This document shows, in pieces, positions 28,346-43,145 of a DNA stretch of 64,000 bases. Made by a program: the position numbers and the translations under genes. Under the pieces are notes generated by a model. That model was not told where the DNA came from. It saw nothing but the letters and a program-made list of their open reading frames with translations, and did no database searches. Numbering within the stretch: position 1 is the stretch's first letter; every line of letters begins with the position of its first letter. The stretch lies in the NCBI RefSeq assembly GCF_009914755.1, contig NC_060928.1, one strand, 5' to 3'. The DNA is from the human T2T-CHM13v2.0 reference genome, Homo sapiens.

Positions 28346-29563
28346 TAATACAGCATAATCCAGAAAATTTGATGGAAATAGTAAATTGGAGCTTGATTAA
28401 GAAAGTAAGCAAGAGATAAGGAATTGTAAGCAGCTCACTCATTAAGTTACATAGAATTGAAAATGCATGGAAATTCATCAGGGATACATTCCTGATAATC
28501 ACTGCCATTTAGATGCCAAGAGGAAGAAAAACAATTAGATATTCATAATGATAATGAGAAGCACTATTAGTTTTATGTATTGAATTAAGTCAATCAACCA
28601 GTGGAATATTACTAGAATTTATGTAATTATACTATTTTAAAAATGCAGATTAATAATTTACTATTCAATAATTATAGCTCGCTGATAGTTATTATGCTCA
28701 ATACACAAAAGAAACAAGGTAAAAATCTAACCAATATATTCTAGCAAATGTCACAAATAAAAATATATAAATGTTAGAACATGAGATGGTTTTAAAATTA
28801 ATCACCTTTTAAAAATTTTCTGAAATTTAAATTTAAAGAAATAATAGCTAAACTTTTTTTTAGTATTTTTCATTGCATCAGATTATTATACAAAAGTAGC
28901 TGTTTATTTATTTTCAATTGCAAATCAGGGTGTAAATCCTCTTAAAGACAAAAAATTATCTCTCTTTATATTATATCCAGACTCAAATATTAACATGATC
29001 GCTAGTGTTACCTTTTTCCTCAAATAAAAACTAAGATTATCTGATTGGTTTATGGAAAAGGGAGCAATTGAAGTAAAACTCCTCAATTGACTTCAGTATT
29101 CACAATTCTGAAAACAGCCAGTGGATCAGGACAGAAATGGAGATACATTACACAATGTAAAAGCATTCTTTGGTTAAAAATATACATATCCTATCATCTG
29201 TATTGTGCTAGGTTTGATGGCAGCAGGATTTCTGACCACTGAAATTTAGGTAAAGCACACATTCACTCATTTAACCTGCATCTGTTGCTCAGCTAGAGTG
29301 AGTTACACGCTATGGTAGATATTAGTTATATATTCTGAACATAAAACCAGTTGTTCCTGTCAATATGAAGCTTTTAGGAGTAACTTCTATATCGTTTATT
29401 TCCCTCATTTTTCATTCACTTGAAAAAAATATTCTTACTGTATTCCTAAGTCACAAGAAAATATTGAATGTATTGAAAGTAATGATGTTACACAATAAAG
29501 CCTACTGCGAAGTATGAAATCAAAAGTGCTAACAAAGTTATTAAAGAAACTACAAAACAATAT

Positions 29564-30773
29564 TGAGAGGTGACAGCATGCTGGCAGCCCTTGCTTGCTC
29601 TCAGCACCTCCTTGGCTTCGGCGCTCACTCTGGCTGCGCTTGAGGAGACCTTCAGCCCAAGGCTGCGCTATGGGACACCCTCTCTGGGCTGGCCGAGGTC
29701 ACAGCCGGCTCCCTCTGCTTGCAGGGAGGTGTGGAGGGAGAGGCGTGGGCGGGAACTGGGGCTGAGCGCTGTGCTCGTGGGCCAGCACAAGTTCCAGGTG
29801 GGCATGGGCTTGGTGGGCCCTGCACTTGGAGCGGTGGGCTACTGTACGCCCCGGGCGCTGAGGGGCTTAGCACCGGGGCCAGCAGCTCTCCACTGGGGCC
29901 TTGGAGAACCTTTATGTCTAGCTCAAGGATTGTAAATACACCAATCAGCACTCTGTGTCTAGCTCAAGGTTTGTAAACACACCAATCAGCATTCTGTATC
30001 TAGCTAATCTAGTGGGGACTTGGAGAATCTTTATGTCTAGCTAAGGGATTGTAAATACACCAATCAGCACTCTGTGTCTAGCTCAAGGTTTGTAAATACA
30101 CCAATCAGCACCCTGTGTCTAGCTCAAGGTTTGTAAATGCACCAATCAGTGCTCTGTGTCTAGCTAATCTAGTGGGGACTTGCAGAACTTTTGTGTCTAG
30201 CTCAGGGATTGTATATGCACCAATCAGCACCCTGTCAAAATGGACCAATCAGCTCTCAGTAAAACAGAACAATTAGCTCTCTGTAAAATGGACCAATCAG
30301 CAAGATGTGGGTGGGGTCCGATAAAGGAATAAAAGCAGGCTGCCCCAGCCAGCAGTGGCAACCCACTTGAGTGCCGTTCCACAGTGTGGAAGCTGTGTTC
30401 TTTTGCTCTTTGCAATAAATCTTGCTGCTGCTCACTCTTTGGGTCAGCACTGCCTTGTGAGCTGTAGCACTCACCGCGAAGGTTTGCAGCTTCACTCCTG
30501 AGGCCAGCGAGACCAGGAACCCACAGGGATGAATGAATAACTCCAGACGTGAGGCCTTGAGAGCTGTAACACTCACGTGAAGGTCTGTAGCTTCACTTCT
30601 GAAGCCAGCGGAGACCGTGAACCCACCAGAAGGAAGAAACTCCCAACATGTGCAAACATCAGAAGGAACAAAGTCCGGACACATCACCTTTAAGAACTGT
30701 GACATTCACTGTGAGTGTCCGTGGCTTCATTCTTCAAGTCGGTGAGACCAAGAACCCACCAATTCCGGGCACA
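29564..30773 (+). mobile_element. LTR12 (LTR12C-like) ERV9 solo LTR
   Basis: TGAGAGGTGACAGC...AATTCCGGGCACA; exact 4-bp TSD ATAT; GC-rich U3 and CCAATCAGCA tandem repeats. Confidence 0.96.
29905..30340 (+). promoter_or_regulatory. LTR12 enhancer/promoter: eight CCAAT (NF-Y) boxes, a GATA site and an AATAAA TATA-like box
   Basis: CCAATC at about 29941, 29982, 30060, 30101, 30142, 30220, 30246 and 30293; GATAAAGGAATAAAAG at about 30320-30335; known ERV9 LTR architecture. Confidence 0.75.
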
Positions 30774-32234
30774 ATATGATTAAAATACTGATGAGATAAA
30801 ACATTTAACATTACTTTTGAAGATAAAATTTATACGTGAATAAACAAAAATTAGAGCAAAGAAAGCCCAAGGCTGAATGTGAAAATTGTGCCACCTAAAT
30901 GCGAAAATACAGACAGTAAATGATAGCTAAGAAAATTTGTAAAATAGTAGACCTTGCCAAGTGGCAACTGGTTGTCTATCAAAACTGGCACATTTATAAC
31001 AGTAAAATAATAACATAGTACTAATTCATAGTACTTATTCAATCATTGGCGCTATTGTCATATTTATTCTAACCTATCCCTAACTACAGAAACAAATGAA
31101 ATATTTAGTTTGTTTTAAAGGTAGTGTAGAGAAAAAAGATATTCAATGATGAATGATTCCATTTTGAATTAAAAAAATCTGAAATATAGTGAATTCAGTT
31201 TTTAAAAAATGAGTGCTTCATCATATCACTCTCTAAATTTTATAGGTGTTTTTGTCTCTCTGGGAATCTCCCAGTATGTTTAAGCTCCTTTAAAGGGAAA
31301 TATTTTTACAAGTGTAGCATACTTACTACACAGTAACTCTCATAATTCAATGTACAATGTGAAGTTTAAGACGACCCTAAACATTTCTATTAACACAAAT
31401 CACATAAATACATTAAAAATCCACTTTTTTCTCAGACATATGTTGAATATGCATATTTGTAAATCGTCATGGATATGAAATTGAATTGCATTAGATAATA
31501 CAATCTCACGTGTACTCACTATGCAAGATTTGTTCAGTTTTATGTAAATAAACTAGCTGATAATTAAAATTTAATGTACATTTCTATTCCTAGGACAGAT
31601 CGGCATTTAGTGGACTCCTATTAATTGGCTTTTTATGTGTTTCTTTTTGTACCACCCCATTAAATAGGCTACAATTTGAAGGTAAAGATCAGAGTTAACA
31701 TTATTCACTGTTGTTTCCCCAGCACATAGCAATTTTCTTGGTATACAATAGATATTACAGGAATAGTTATAAATTCAATTGATTTATTAATCTCTTAAAA
31801 TATTTTTAAATTCTGAAAGTGTCATATCAAGGACATACATTGATTAATTAATTTTGAAATTGATTATTTAAGATACATACAGTAAACTTCAAGGTTGTTG
31901 CATAAGAAGAGCTATGTTCCTTTTAGAATAGTGTGGCCAAATTTGATATTTCACTAATTCCTAAAGGAAGTTAAGTTTATGCGTCTGGATCGAAACTTAT
32001 TACCTCTGACATACTGTCTGGCAAAAAAGTTAAAGTTTAGCATTGAAGAGGATAAAAATCTACTCTTGAAGTATCATTCCCCGTATCATACTACCAGAAG
32101 TAAAAAATCAGAAGCAGGAGGAAGGCATTTGGCTTTGAGAAAGAAAAATATAACGATTTGATCCTGAACTCCAATTGTACCGTAAAGCAAGATGAATAGT
32201 TTCCATCTAACTGAAGTAGCTCCCTTCTTTCCAG

Positions 32235-32246
32235 AAGCCGAAGGAG
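32235..32246 (+). other. Candidate 12-nt microexon
   Basis: CTAAC branch point, CTCCCTTCTTTCCAG|AAGCCGAAGGAG|GTAAGA. Confidence 0.3.
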
Positions 32247-32370
32247 GTAAGAGGTGGCCTTCAGGCTTCACCCTCTTAAGCGAGTGCTTGACTGGCTCCC
32301 GCGTTGGGACTCTTTTTTCCCTTACCCATATCTAGCATTCATACCATTTATAAACTCTCTTTTCTCACAG

Positions 32371-32422
32371 TGATAAGCCAGGCTAGGGAGAACACTCTTC
32401 GAAGCTTCTCCTTCTTCTAGAC
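32371..32422 (+). other. Candidate 52-nt exon
   Basis: CTCTCTTTTCTCACAG| ... GAC|GTAAGT. Confidence 0.3.
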
Positions 32423-33034
32423 GTAAGTGTTTTATCTTTTACATTGATATGGCATATAGAGGCAATCCCCATACCTTACAAATATACTTTTCATCATTGA
32501 TTACAAAGTACATTAACCAAGCAAGTGAGTATGTTTGGAATCAGGGATAGGATGGGTCAGCATCAATTCAACCGAGTTCAGTTCTACATTTTTCAGTGAT
32601 ATCTATGGAAAGCTGCAGAAATAACCCATATCATGATATAATTTTTCATTGAGGCCTAGTTCCTCCCATAAGGGTGTTTAATGTAAAATGAAGTGAACTT
32701 TCAGTGTTCTGAGGGTATTATTGGGGCTGCCATCAAGGAGTTCATTTTGTTATCATTTTGAAATATATACCCATTCCCTTAAGTTTATCTTTATTCATAA
32801 CTGAGATGAAAATCTGCCTAAAACATTATAAGTATCTGATAGATTTTAAAAAGATAATTATTAGATCACTAATCTGGTATTCTTGGAGAAGTCTGTGAGT
32901 TTCCACCAAAAATTGCTGAGGGATCCTTTAAGTAAACGCCTCCACCATGAGAATATATTGCCAATATTAACACAGTCTATTTTCTTTGAGTTTTGAAATT
33001 TACATAGCCAGTAACAAAGCTAACTTAATTTGAC

Positions 33035-33320
33035 ATTTGCAAATGATGTGAAGTGGGAATTTACAGAAGAGAAAAAAAGAATGACCAGAAAACATACTAA
33101 AATCTTTACCTTACTAGGCAATGTCATAAGAAAGTATCACTCAACATCCATTACAAAGATAAGAATATTAGATGAGATTAGTATTGGGATGCAAAGACAC
33201 AGAAGCACTTACACTGTTGGGAATGCAACCTGTCCTACCAGCTCTAGTGAGAAGTTTGTTGATATCAACAGAATTCAAGATTCATATACCCTATAGATTT
33301 CCTTTACCTATAGTAAGTCT
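33035..33320 (+). mobile_element. L1ME-type ORF2 fragment
   Basis: TTTACAGAAGAG..., TACACTGTTGGGAATGCAA. Confidence 0.5.
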
Positions 33321-34437
33321 CACAAATGTGAACTATATAATGATAATTGAACAATGTATGAATTACCCTGAAAAACAAAATGAGTTGACTTTCTTATTGG
33401 TTGTTTTATTTCTCTTTAGCACAGAAGTTGAAAGAGGAAAAGTATTGAAATCCTCAGAAAAGCGCGATGAAAGCTAGCTTATATATTGCTTATTATTTTG
33501 TGTTGTTTTAGAAGCAGATATTTAACATTCCCATTTATGTTACTTGATCTACCATAGTATAAACATAATTTTGTTCATCTAAGCCATTAATAAATTTTTC
33601 AACAAATAATGGCTGTGTATGTGTGTGTGCACACACTTGTTTCAGGATATAGATGCAAAGAAAGGGCTTAGGTTTATACTGAAACGTGCAGAGAAGAAGA
33701 GGGACAGAGTATGTGGGGGAGGAGAGGATTCATGAGGATTCACTGCTCAGAAGGAGCAGTGGCTGAGTCAGAGATAACCATGCAAGTATAAGACACTCGG
33801 GAATTCTTTCAACACACCATAGCTTGATGCAAGACATCGATTTTACAATTTAGCCAAACATATTCATATCAGGGATAGGTTGACTTTAGTCGCCGCTTTG
33901 GTTACATACGCAAATCATTTTTCAAGTAACATTTTATTGTGAGAAACTAATTTGTTCATAAAAACTCCATGCCACATATGCTCATAAATCAACATTTATT
34001 TCCTGCCAAAATATAATGCATTTTGTTATATGTTGTGTAAACCCATGCTCAAGGCTCAAAACCAATTTTGAAAACACCAAACAACAAAAGCCAATATTTT
34101 ATTTATAAGTGTTATACAGGGAACTGCATATAATAAAGCAAGGCATTGAAACAAGGTCTTCTACTCCTATGGGTCCATTTTTCACCTCTGCGAAATCACT
34201 AGATAGTAAACTCTATTGATATGAAACCAAAAATTATTCCCTTGGTGGAAAATCTTCCCAGTGGGAGGAAGGTGAATGTGTTTCTGCTGAGGACTCCACA
34301 GCATTAAATACAAATAGCTTTGTGCTCCTTGGTTGGCAAGATAGTAAGGAAATATTTTAGAAAGTGACAAGAAAGATACTGTGTAGAGATATGTTGCTAA
34401 GTGTTTAAATTGGGATCTGTATTTAATATAGAACATA

Positions 34438-34580
34438 TTTTTTTTTTTTAAGTTATTCTTTTTAGAGACAGGGTCTCCCTGTGTTGCCCAGACTGGTTTC
34501 AAACTCCTGGTCTCAAGCAATCCTCCCATCTCAGCCTTCCTAGTAGCTGAGATTATAGGTGCAAGCCACCACACCTGGCT
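34438..34580 (-). mobile_element. FLAM (free left Alu monomer)
   Basis: Single monomer with T tail; TSD GAACAT(A/C)TTTT. Confidence 0.9.
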
Positions 34581-35427
34581 GGAACATCTTTTTGATGGAT
34601 GCCTTTCACATTTGTGGGGGGTTATCCAAACCAATAAAGGTGTATTTGAATGATCAGTGAGGTTACGACTGATGACAAATAAATTAGAGTAGTGTGTGCA
34701 AGAAAAGGACTTAAGCCCAGGTTTTAAATATATCCAGAGAAGAAGTTGAAATATTCTCATACTGATGATACAAAGCCATTGAATGAATACATTCATGAAT
34801 TGACAGATATAGGGATAGAGATCATTGCTTTTCATATGAGTAGAATAAATGACACATGCTTTCTTTAGGACCTTAATCATCACTTTTTTCAATAGCAATA
34901 TTTTATCAATGTTATATAAGAAGCGATAACATGATGAAAGGTAGAGGTTACAATTTGGGTGAAAAGGCAGATAATTAACTTGTAAAAATCTCTTTGTGAG
35001 CAGCCTTTGTGCTTCATTGTTCTCTCAGTTTGAGAAATATTTAACAGGTGCAAGTTCTACCATAAGTTGTATAGCTTGACCTCCTCAGAAAATTTCTTAT
35101 TTTTCCAGTATGATCCTCTGTAAACTGACAGCTTTCTGTGATGAAATAAAATAATAGTTATATTTATTTAATAAAAAAGTGACAAGTTGTGAGTATTTAG
35201 TGGCTATACTTTTTGCATACTCTATACAGCCTCAGAGACAGGTACTCCCAAAGCATCCTAATTCAGGTGTTAATACTGCTGCTTGTTTATATTGCTAGAG
35301 GGAAAAGCTAAATTTTTGCATTTTGGACCACCTGAAACCAGTGAAAGGGGAATGCATACTTGAGCGTTGTCTGTGAAGGTGCTTAAATTTAGTAATATAA
35401 ATATAAAATAAAACTACGTAAAAATTA

Positions 35428-35820
<393 letters not shown>

Positions 35821-36747
35821 TTAAAGCTCATGATGAGATGAGCATTACAAGATAATATTTATGTCTTAAGGTAAGGAAACAACAAATTTTTTATTCATCA
35901 GAAGTGTATGCTATCCTAAAGTTTCCTTTAATAAATATATTAACAAAAAATTTTTTATTGTACTTCTATATACCAACCTGTTTGGTAAATATATAGGAAA
36001 ACTTCAGAGGACTATATTCACATCAAGCCTAAAACCTAAAGTTCATATTAATTCAGACAATCTTTTTCTCATGTAAAATGATACAATCATTCTACCTAGC
36101 TCTCATAATGAATACAGTAGTTCCAATTAAATCAGAAATGGAGTAAACTTGGAGCTAAATGAATCATAAATCAATAAGTACCTCAGCCTGCTGCCTCATG
36201 GTTTATTGATTCAGAAGCTGTTTATCCCACACTCATTGTGCTTGAGTGCAATTATCATTTAATTACATTTTCTGTATGTACCAAATTGTATTTTACATGT
36301 CTTCCTAGACCAAACAATTTCAAACTTATATCTACTCACTAGCCATGGGTTTTGATTATCCTTTCTTGTTCAGTATGCTTGTCCTGATTTCTCCTTGTAC
36401 ATAAGACACATCTCACAATAGGACCTCATTAAGGCATATTTAACAAACTGTCCCTACTTATAATCATGTTTATTGTTCTCATTCTTTTTACACCAAGATT
36501 GATTTGAAACGTAACTAATGAGGTGTGTTAGAGAAAATATAGCATAGTTTGAATCACATAAAAGTAGTGAATTTTTTGAATCTAACTCATAAAAATGCAC
36601 TTTTATTAAACCTATCAAATGCTCTAGAACTATAATATGATTATCAATTGACTTGATATGGATCATGTAAGACATTCCTTTTTAAAAATAGTTGGGCACT
36701 AAATATTCTTAATTTTATAGTATTTTGTATTAAAAATGTAATATTTA

Positions 36748-37132
<385 letters not shown>

Positions 37133-37490
37133 AAAGTTTATAAACTAAAAACTCATGAAATAATGTCCCAGATGGAGCTCTCTAAAACATCTTTAAGAAA
37201 CAATAACATATGGCACATGATAGCTTAAAAAAATTACCCTGAGAGAAGATACAAACTACACCTGATCTTGCAAAGTAGGAACAGATTTCAAGGATAGATC
37301 AGATATGTAGCATCATTTATATTATTCTTTGAATATATAATCCATGTTATTTTTATTTATATTGTGAGACCAAGGTCAACACTGAGACCTGTCACCAGAA
37401 GTTAGATCTGTTTCATATAAGACAAAAAGCACGAAGTTTGCCATTGGCTCAATAAAACAGCTTCATTGACAGAGAAAGCCATGTGAAAGA

Positions 37491-37496
<6 letters not shown>

Positions 37497-37535
<39 letters not shown>

Positions 37536-37818
37536 TTGAGATGGAGTCTTGCTCTGTCGCCCAGCCTGGAGTGCAGTGGCACGATCTTCACTCACTGCAA
37601 GCTCCGCCTCCCAAGTTCAAGCCATTCTCCTGCCTCAACCTCCTGAGTAGCTGGAATTACAGGCACCTGCCACCACACCCGGCTAATTTTTTGTATTTTT
37701 AGTAAAGATGGCGTTTCACCATGTTAGCCAGGATGGTCTCCATCTCCTGACCTCGTGATCAACCCACCTTGGCCTCCCAAAGTGCTGGGATTACAGGTGT
37801 GAGCCACCACGCCCGGCT
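37497..37818 (-). mobile_element. AluY/Sc-like with (TAT)n tail
   Basis: TGCAAGCTCCGCC, TTAGCCAGGATGGTCTC; TSD AAGAATTATT. Confidence 0.95.
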
Positions 37819-38217
37819 AAGAATTATTTATCTGTGATCCTAAATCCCAAAGTTAGAGTCTATTTTTAGATTTCAGAAAATCTTAGGAAATATTTAGTTG
37901 CCAATACATTACTTGGATCAGGTACTACCACGTAGATCATGATAAGTAAGAAATATCCTGTTCATACCTCATGAACACACAAATGAAGAATTTTAACATG
38001 AATATTCTGCCATAGTCAATAGATGCTTATTTTATGAAGTAATTAATAAATGAATGAAAACACAAGAATCTGGGAATCTATCAATGAGAATAAAAATATT
38101 TTATATGGTATTTCATTGATTCTAATTTAATTACAAGGCAAGCAATACTAGGAACTGAATAAAAAACAAGTTGCCTCTTTTCTAATGATTCTTCTCACAG
38201 ATTAAAATATTGGATTT

Positions 38218-38242
38218 TGTGTGTGTGTGTGTGTGTGTGTGT
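38218..38242. repeat. (TG)n microsatellite
   Basis: Directly visible. Confidence 0.95.
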
Positions 38243-39423
38243 TAAGCTAATGTAGAAAGGTGTGTTTTCTCATTATTTGTGCAGCACTATTGGAACACCT
38301 TCTGCCTTCCATAACAGGACAAAACTTTAAGGCAGTATGTGAAATAAAACATGTACATAGGAGAGCGGTAACTTTCTGCTGAGCAAAAACCACATTAAAC
38401 AAACATATTTCTAGATATACATAACTATAATCTACACATACATAACTATAAAGCTATTGTACATCCTACTAGATTTCCAAGCAGTAGATAATGTTTCAGA
38501 AATTAACATTGATATACATGCATTGTAAACAAGTCTAAGACATAAACTTGTCTACAAAATCAATATCACTCTTTGAGTGAATGCCAACATGTAAAGTGTC
38601 TGTCTCTATCTCAAGTATATCCAAAATTAGAGATGAGAATTAGGTAACAACTTCTCCGCCACTCCGAAATGACATGCTATACTTCTAAGCAGCACTTGCA
38701 AAGAATGTTGTTGACTCTGTTGTGTTTGTGGTAGTGGTGGTTTCTTCAATTTTAATATATTCTCTGAACCACCATATGGTGGTGCTCTATATTTCAAAAG
38801 ATGTTAGCCTGGTCCTGTCATCCTATCAACAATATTTTCAACTCCTATAGCATTTTATTCAACACTATTCATGTGAAAGTCTTTGGGTAGCTGGGTAACA
38901 GCTAGAATTAGAGAAGGGGAAAAAGTTCTCTAATAAAATGGAAGATTTTACCCACTATGCTGCTTTCTGGGAAATATCACGAATATCAAAGCATACAGAT
39001 GACTCTTAAAAATTCTAAAATTAGAAAATTGGTATGAATTATTGTAAGTATTTCAGAAATATATTTGATGAAGAAATATTGTTTTTTATAAAACATAAGG
39101 TCTGTAAAATAAATGTGTTTGTATCATATTTTAGCATTTTACAGATAATTTTTAGAGGAACTTTATTTCTGGGATACAAAATGTTATGTAGTTTAAAAAG
39201 CAAACTTTAAATTTTAAGATCATATGTAAAATAAATATAATTCACCCATTAACTTATTTTCTCTGTGTTTTTCATAAAACATTTCTCCATTAAGCTTTCT
39301 GAATTAGAAAAAAATGATACGCACTGGGGGAAAAGTAGTGACAAAATCATATCTTTCCATTTAACTTTTCTGATTTTATTTATCTCTACTCCATTTTAAA
39401 CTTCTATATATAGTCTAGAATTA

Positions 39424-39488
39424 TTAGTTTGGTATTATTAGCATTGAAAGTAATGGCAAAATCCGCAATTACTTTTTCAATAACCCAA
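39424..39488. mobile_element. MADE1 (Hsmar1 MITE), one arm degraded
   Basis: GTAATGGCAAAATCCGCAATTACTTTT matches the MADE1 TIR; TA flanks. Confidence 0.75.
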
Positions 39489-41409
39489 TAAAATTTAAAA
39501 TCCATGTAATATTAATATAGACTGTTTTTTGTGCTCTCTATTTCTAACTGTTCTTTTTTCACTGAATTGCTATTTTGCAGTAAGATAAAAGTGTTTTTTT
39601 TCTTTCTTCAAGAATAATACATTTTTGTTTTATATGAACATTCAAATTTACTCTCATCTATGTATTTGTCTTATTCTAAAAATGCTTTTCTAGAGCAATT
39701 GATGCTAAAATCAAAATACTTCATAGAAAATAGTTTCAATTGGTGTTGTGCTTGGGCCTCTGGGCTGGTCCTAGATATTCAGCTCCCCAGGGCTTACTAT
39801 TCTCTTTTGGTCTGATTCATAATGTCAAAGATGAATCTCAGACACTGGAAGATCTTCAAGCAGTTTATTCTGGCTGTGCTGGCATGAGCTGGAGTGCAGG
39901 AGCAGGCTGGTGTCGTGAACAGGAGACCATCTGTAGACTATTCTCAGAGTTTGGGGCATCCTTCCCCCTTTCTTATATCTTATTTGAGGTTAGTTATCAA
40001 GTTTAAGCTATTCTTGTAACAGTAGCTTCTTTTTAAGATTTATGAGAGTTGTGTCTGTGCTGAGATGGTCTTTTCTCCTGGAAATCCCCTGGCCAGGTTG
40101 CATCATACTGCTAAGTGACACATGGTGTAGGCCCTGTGAATTGTCTGAGTGGGCCTCATGGCCATCATGAATCTTATAGCCACAATATTTTTTATAGTAT
40201 ACTGCACTTTGTCAATGCTAGGATTTCTCTTTCTCCTTGAAATTCTTGGGAATTACTAGTCTTTGAATGTTTTTACAAAGTGAGAACACTGTCTCTAAAA
40301 CCATTATGCTGTAATTTGTTTTCCATTAAACTAAATTGACGCAGTGTTTGCTAATTATCTCCTTTTTCCTGTTCAATTGATTAGTGCAAGATTGACCTGT
40401 TTTCTATGTGGAGAGTTTCAACAGTGGTACTTTAAAAGGAGAAAAAGAAGAAAAGAATTACCTAACTCCAATATGATTTCCCCGATACCTGTATATTCCT
40501 CCTGAAATTAGTGTTTTATTCTTCAAATATTATGGTAATTACAAGAAATTCATTAGAGAAAAAATGACCTTAGTTGGTGTTTATATAGACATGTCAGTTT
40601 ATTTTTGATCAGTAAAATCATTTGGAGTGGAGGTGGTCTCAAGGCAAATAATTAAGGTTAAAAAATTTTTAAAGTGAACAGAACTTGACAATGGAAAGTA
40701 TCTTTCATTAATAATTGATATAGCTAGGAATTAGTCACCCAATGAGAACCCCAAAACTTGGCAAGGAAATGTGTGTGGACTTGTGGTAAAATTGAAATAA
40801 AAAAGGAAATATGGGTATATTTTAAGACAGACCTGTGGAAATTTAGAAGTCATATGAAATGACTTCAGCAAAGTTTAAAGAATTAATTACAATGGAACCA
40901 TGTTAAAACTTTAATGTGCATATTTACCCCATGTGGCTTATTGGCCTATGTCCATATCACTTCATGATATAATTAAACTGAATCTCACAAATGAGGTAGC
41001 AGGGGTCAGCACAAGAGGAAAAAGCATCCAAGAGACTTGCCTGATGCATGCTCATTAGTTAGGCTGCTAATTTTTTTAACATTCATCTCCTTCCTGCTAC
41101 TGCTAATCTGATATTTGCATAGGATATTTGTGGTATGCACCCATTTGTGTACAGATGGTCACTTCATTTAATAACATAGAATTATTAACATTAAAATACA
41201 GTAACTTAGGATCATCCTTGAAAATTCTAGCTGATACACTCCACATTTTATTGGACTTTTACTATTATGTTCATAAAACAGACTTCTCAGAATGTCTGAT
41301 CCTGTATACCCGTAGTAGAAAATAATAATATAAAAGTATTGGAGGGTAAATAATATGTTTGAGAATTAATTCCCAAATGCTGGAATGACAGTAAGAAAGT
41401 GAGATAAGG

Positions 41410-41682
41410 CTGTAATCCCAGCACTTTGGGAGGCCGAGGTGGGTGGATCACGAGGTCAGGAGGTCGAGACCATCCTGGATAACATGGTGAAACCCCATCT
41501 CTACTAAAAATACAAAAAATTAGCCGGGCGTGGTGGCTGGCGCCTGTAGTCCCAGCTACTTGGGAGGCTGAGGAAGGAGAACGGCGTGAACCCAGGAGGC
41601 GGAGCTTGCGGTGAGCCGAGATCGCCACTGCACTCCAGCCTCGGTGACAGAGTGAGATTCCATCTCAAAAAAAAACAAAAAA
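41410..41682 (+). mobile_element. AluY lacking the first ~20 nt
   Basis: Starts CTGTAATCCCAGC; TSD AAGAAAGTGAGATA(A/C)GG. Confidence 0.95.
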
Positions 41683-42299
41683 AAGAAAGTGAGATACGGA
41701 AGGGAAGGCAGCTGGAATTTTGTGTTCTCAGGCAAGTAACCACTGTGAGCAGTTAGAGTCAAGGGACAAAATAGCTGGAGCATTTATACACAAACAGCCA
41801 AGAGTCATTAGTTGAGGGCTTCTTGTCGGGTACACTAAATCTTCAACACTTGGCACTCGGGCAGAATAAGTTCCAGCAATCAGAGAAGACCCTCAAACTA
41901 AAATTAAAAAAATAGAATAAATAAAAATACATTTATAGTAACTGGAAGTCTTCTGGCATACATTAGACTAGCAAAATCCAAAGAAATATGGGTAGGACAC
42001 CCATAGAATCTATTACACAAATGAATATACTAATCTTATGGTTATCATTAGACATCAGTTTAGCCAGATATTTACCTAAACATTTTTGCTGTTGCTGCTT
42101 GCTTTTCATCTTTCAGAATAATTGCTATTTAGAAATACCTTTAATAATTATCCAAAAGGAAACTTTTTAGAAGTTGTGAGAGTCATATTTATCATTGTAC
42201 TAGGGTTCTTCTCAGTGCAAAGGAATATGTATTAAACATTATTCTCTGGAAGGTCCTACTCTATTAGCTGAGACAAAAATGACTTTTGACAACAGACTG

Positions 42300-43145
42300 C
42301 ACAAACAGGTTAGGGAAACATTTACTGAGTTCAGGATGAGTGATAATTGTGGCTTAAAACAGGGTAGCAGCAATGCAGTTGTTGAAATATTTGGGCTGGA
42401 ATATTTTTAATACGGAAGTGGAAGGATACACTAACAAATTGGACAAAGACCATGAGCAAACAAGAGGAGTTCAGGAGGACAAGTTATTGGATCTGAATAA
42501 CTGAAAAGATAGGATAATTATCTGAGATGGAGAGTAATATAAGCACATCACATTTGCAGGGGAAGACTGGGAGTTCACTTCTGAATACGTGTGAAGTTCC
42601 TATTAAATATCCAAGGTGAAATGTCAAATATTGAGATATATGTTTATTTCTGAATTTCAGAAGAGTAGCTTTGGATAGCAATCAATATATGAATGTGAAA
42701 GACAGAAGAATAGATGAGATCATTGAGAGTAAGTAGACTGAAAAACTAAAGATATCAAAGGAATAAACCAGAAGGCACTATAACATTAATGAAATGAGGT
42801 CAAAGAAATGAAAAAGAACTAGCAAGAGAACTGGTAAGGAGCAGCCAGTGAGGAAAAAGTAAAGATAGAAGTATGTAGAACCATGAAAGCAAAGACTTTA
42901 TTTTATGGATGAAGAAAAGATAAATGTAGTCAAATGCTGCTAAAAGGTTAAATAAAATGTCAAATGAAATTTAATTGTGGAATTGGGCAAAGTATAGGTC
43001 ATTGATAACTTTGACAAAAACTCTTTTTGAGGTGGAAAGGTGAGGATAAAGGCCTAATAGTATATTGAAGAGATGACAGGAAGAGGGAAATCAAAGACAA
43101 TAAATCAAGATAGTTCTTCTTCTGTGAAAGAGAGAAGGAGAGAAC
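42300..43145 (-). mobile_element. L2 fragment
   Basis: Purine-rich antisense L2 motifs (GGAGTTCACTTCTGAATAC, GTCAAATGCTGCTAAAAGG). Confidence 0.75.

Noticed and set aside
29570-29900. GC-rich segment as a gene CpG-island promoter
   Set aside because: It is the LTR12 U3 region
29905-30300. Regular ~40-bp repeats resembling a CRISPR array
   Set aside because: Known LTR12 U3 enhancer repeats; no unique spacers, no cas genes, eukaryotic DNA
34182-34898. 238-aa minus-strand ORF
   Set aside because: Non-ATG start, runs through a FLAM, no recognisable domain
39424-39488. MADE1-derived miR-548-type hairpin
   Set aside because: One arm is largely deleted, so a full hairpin cannot form
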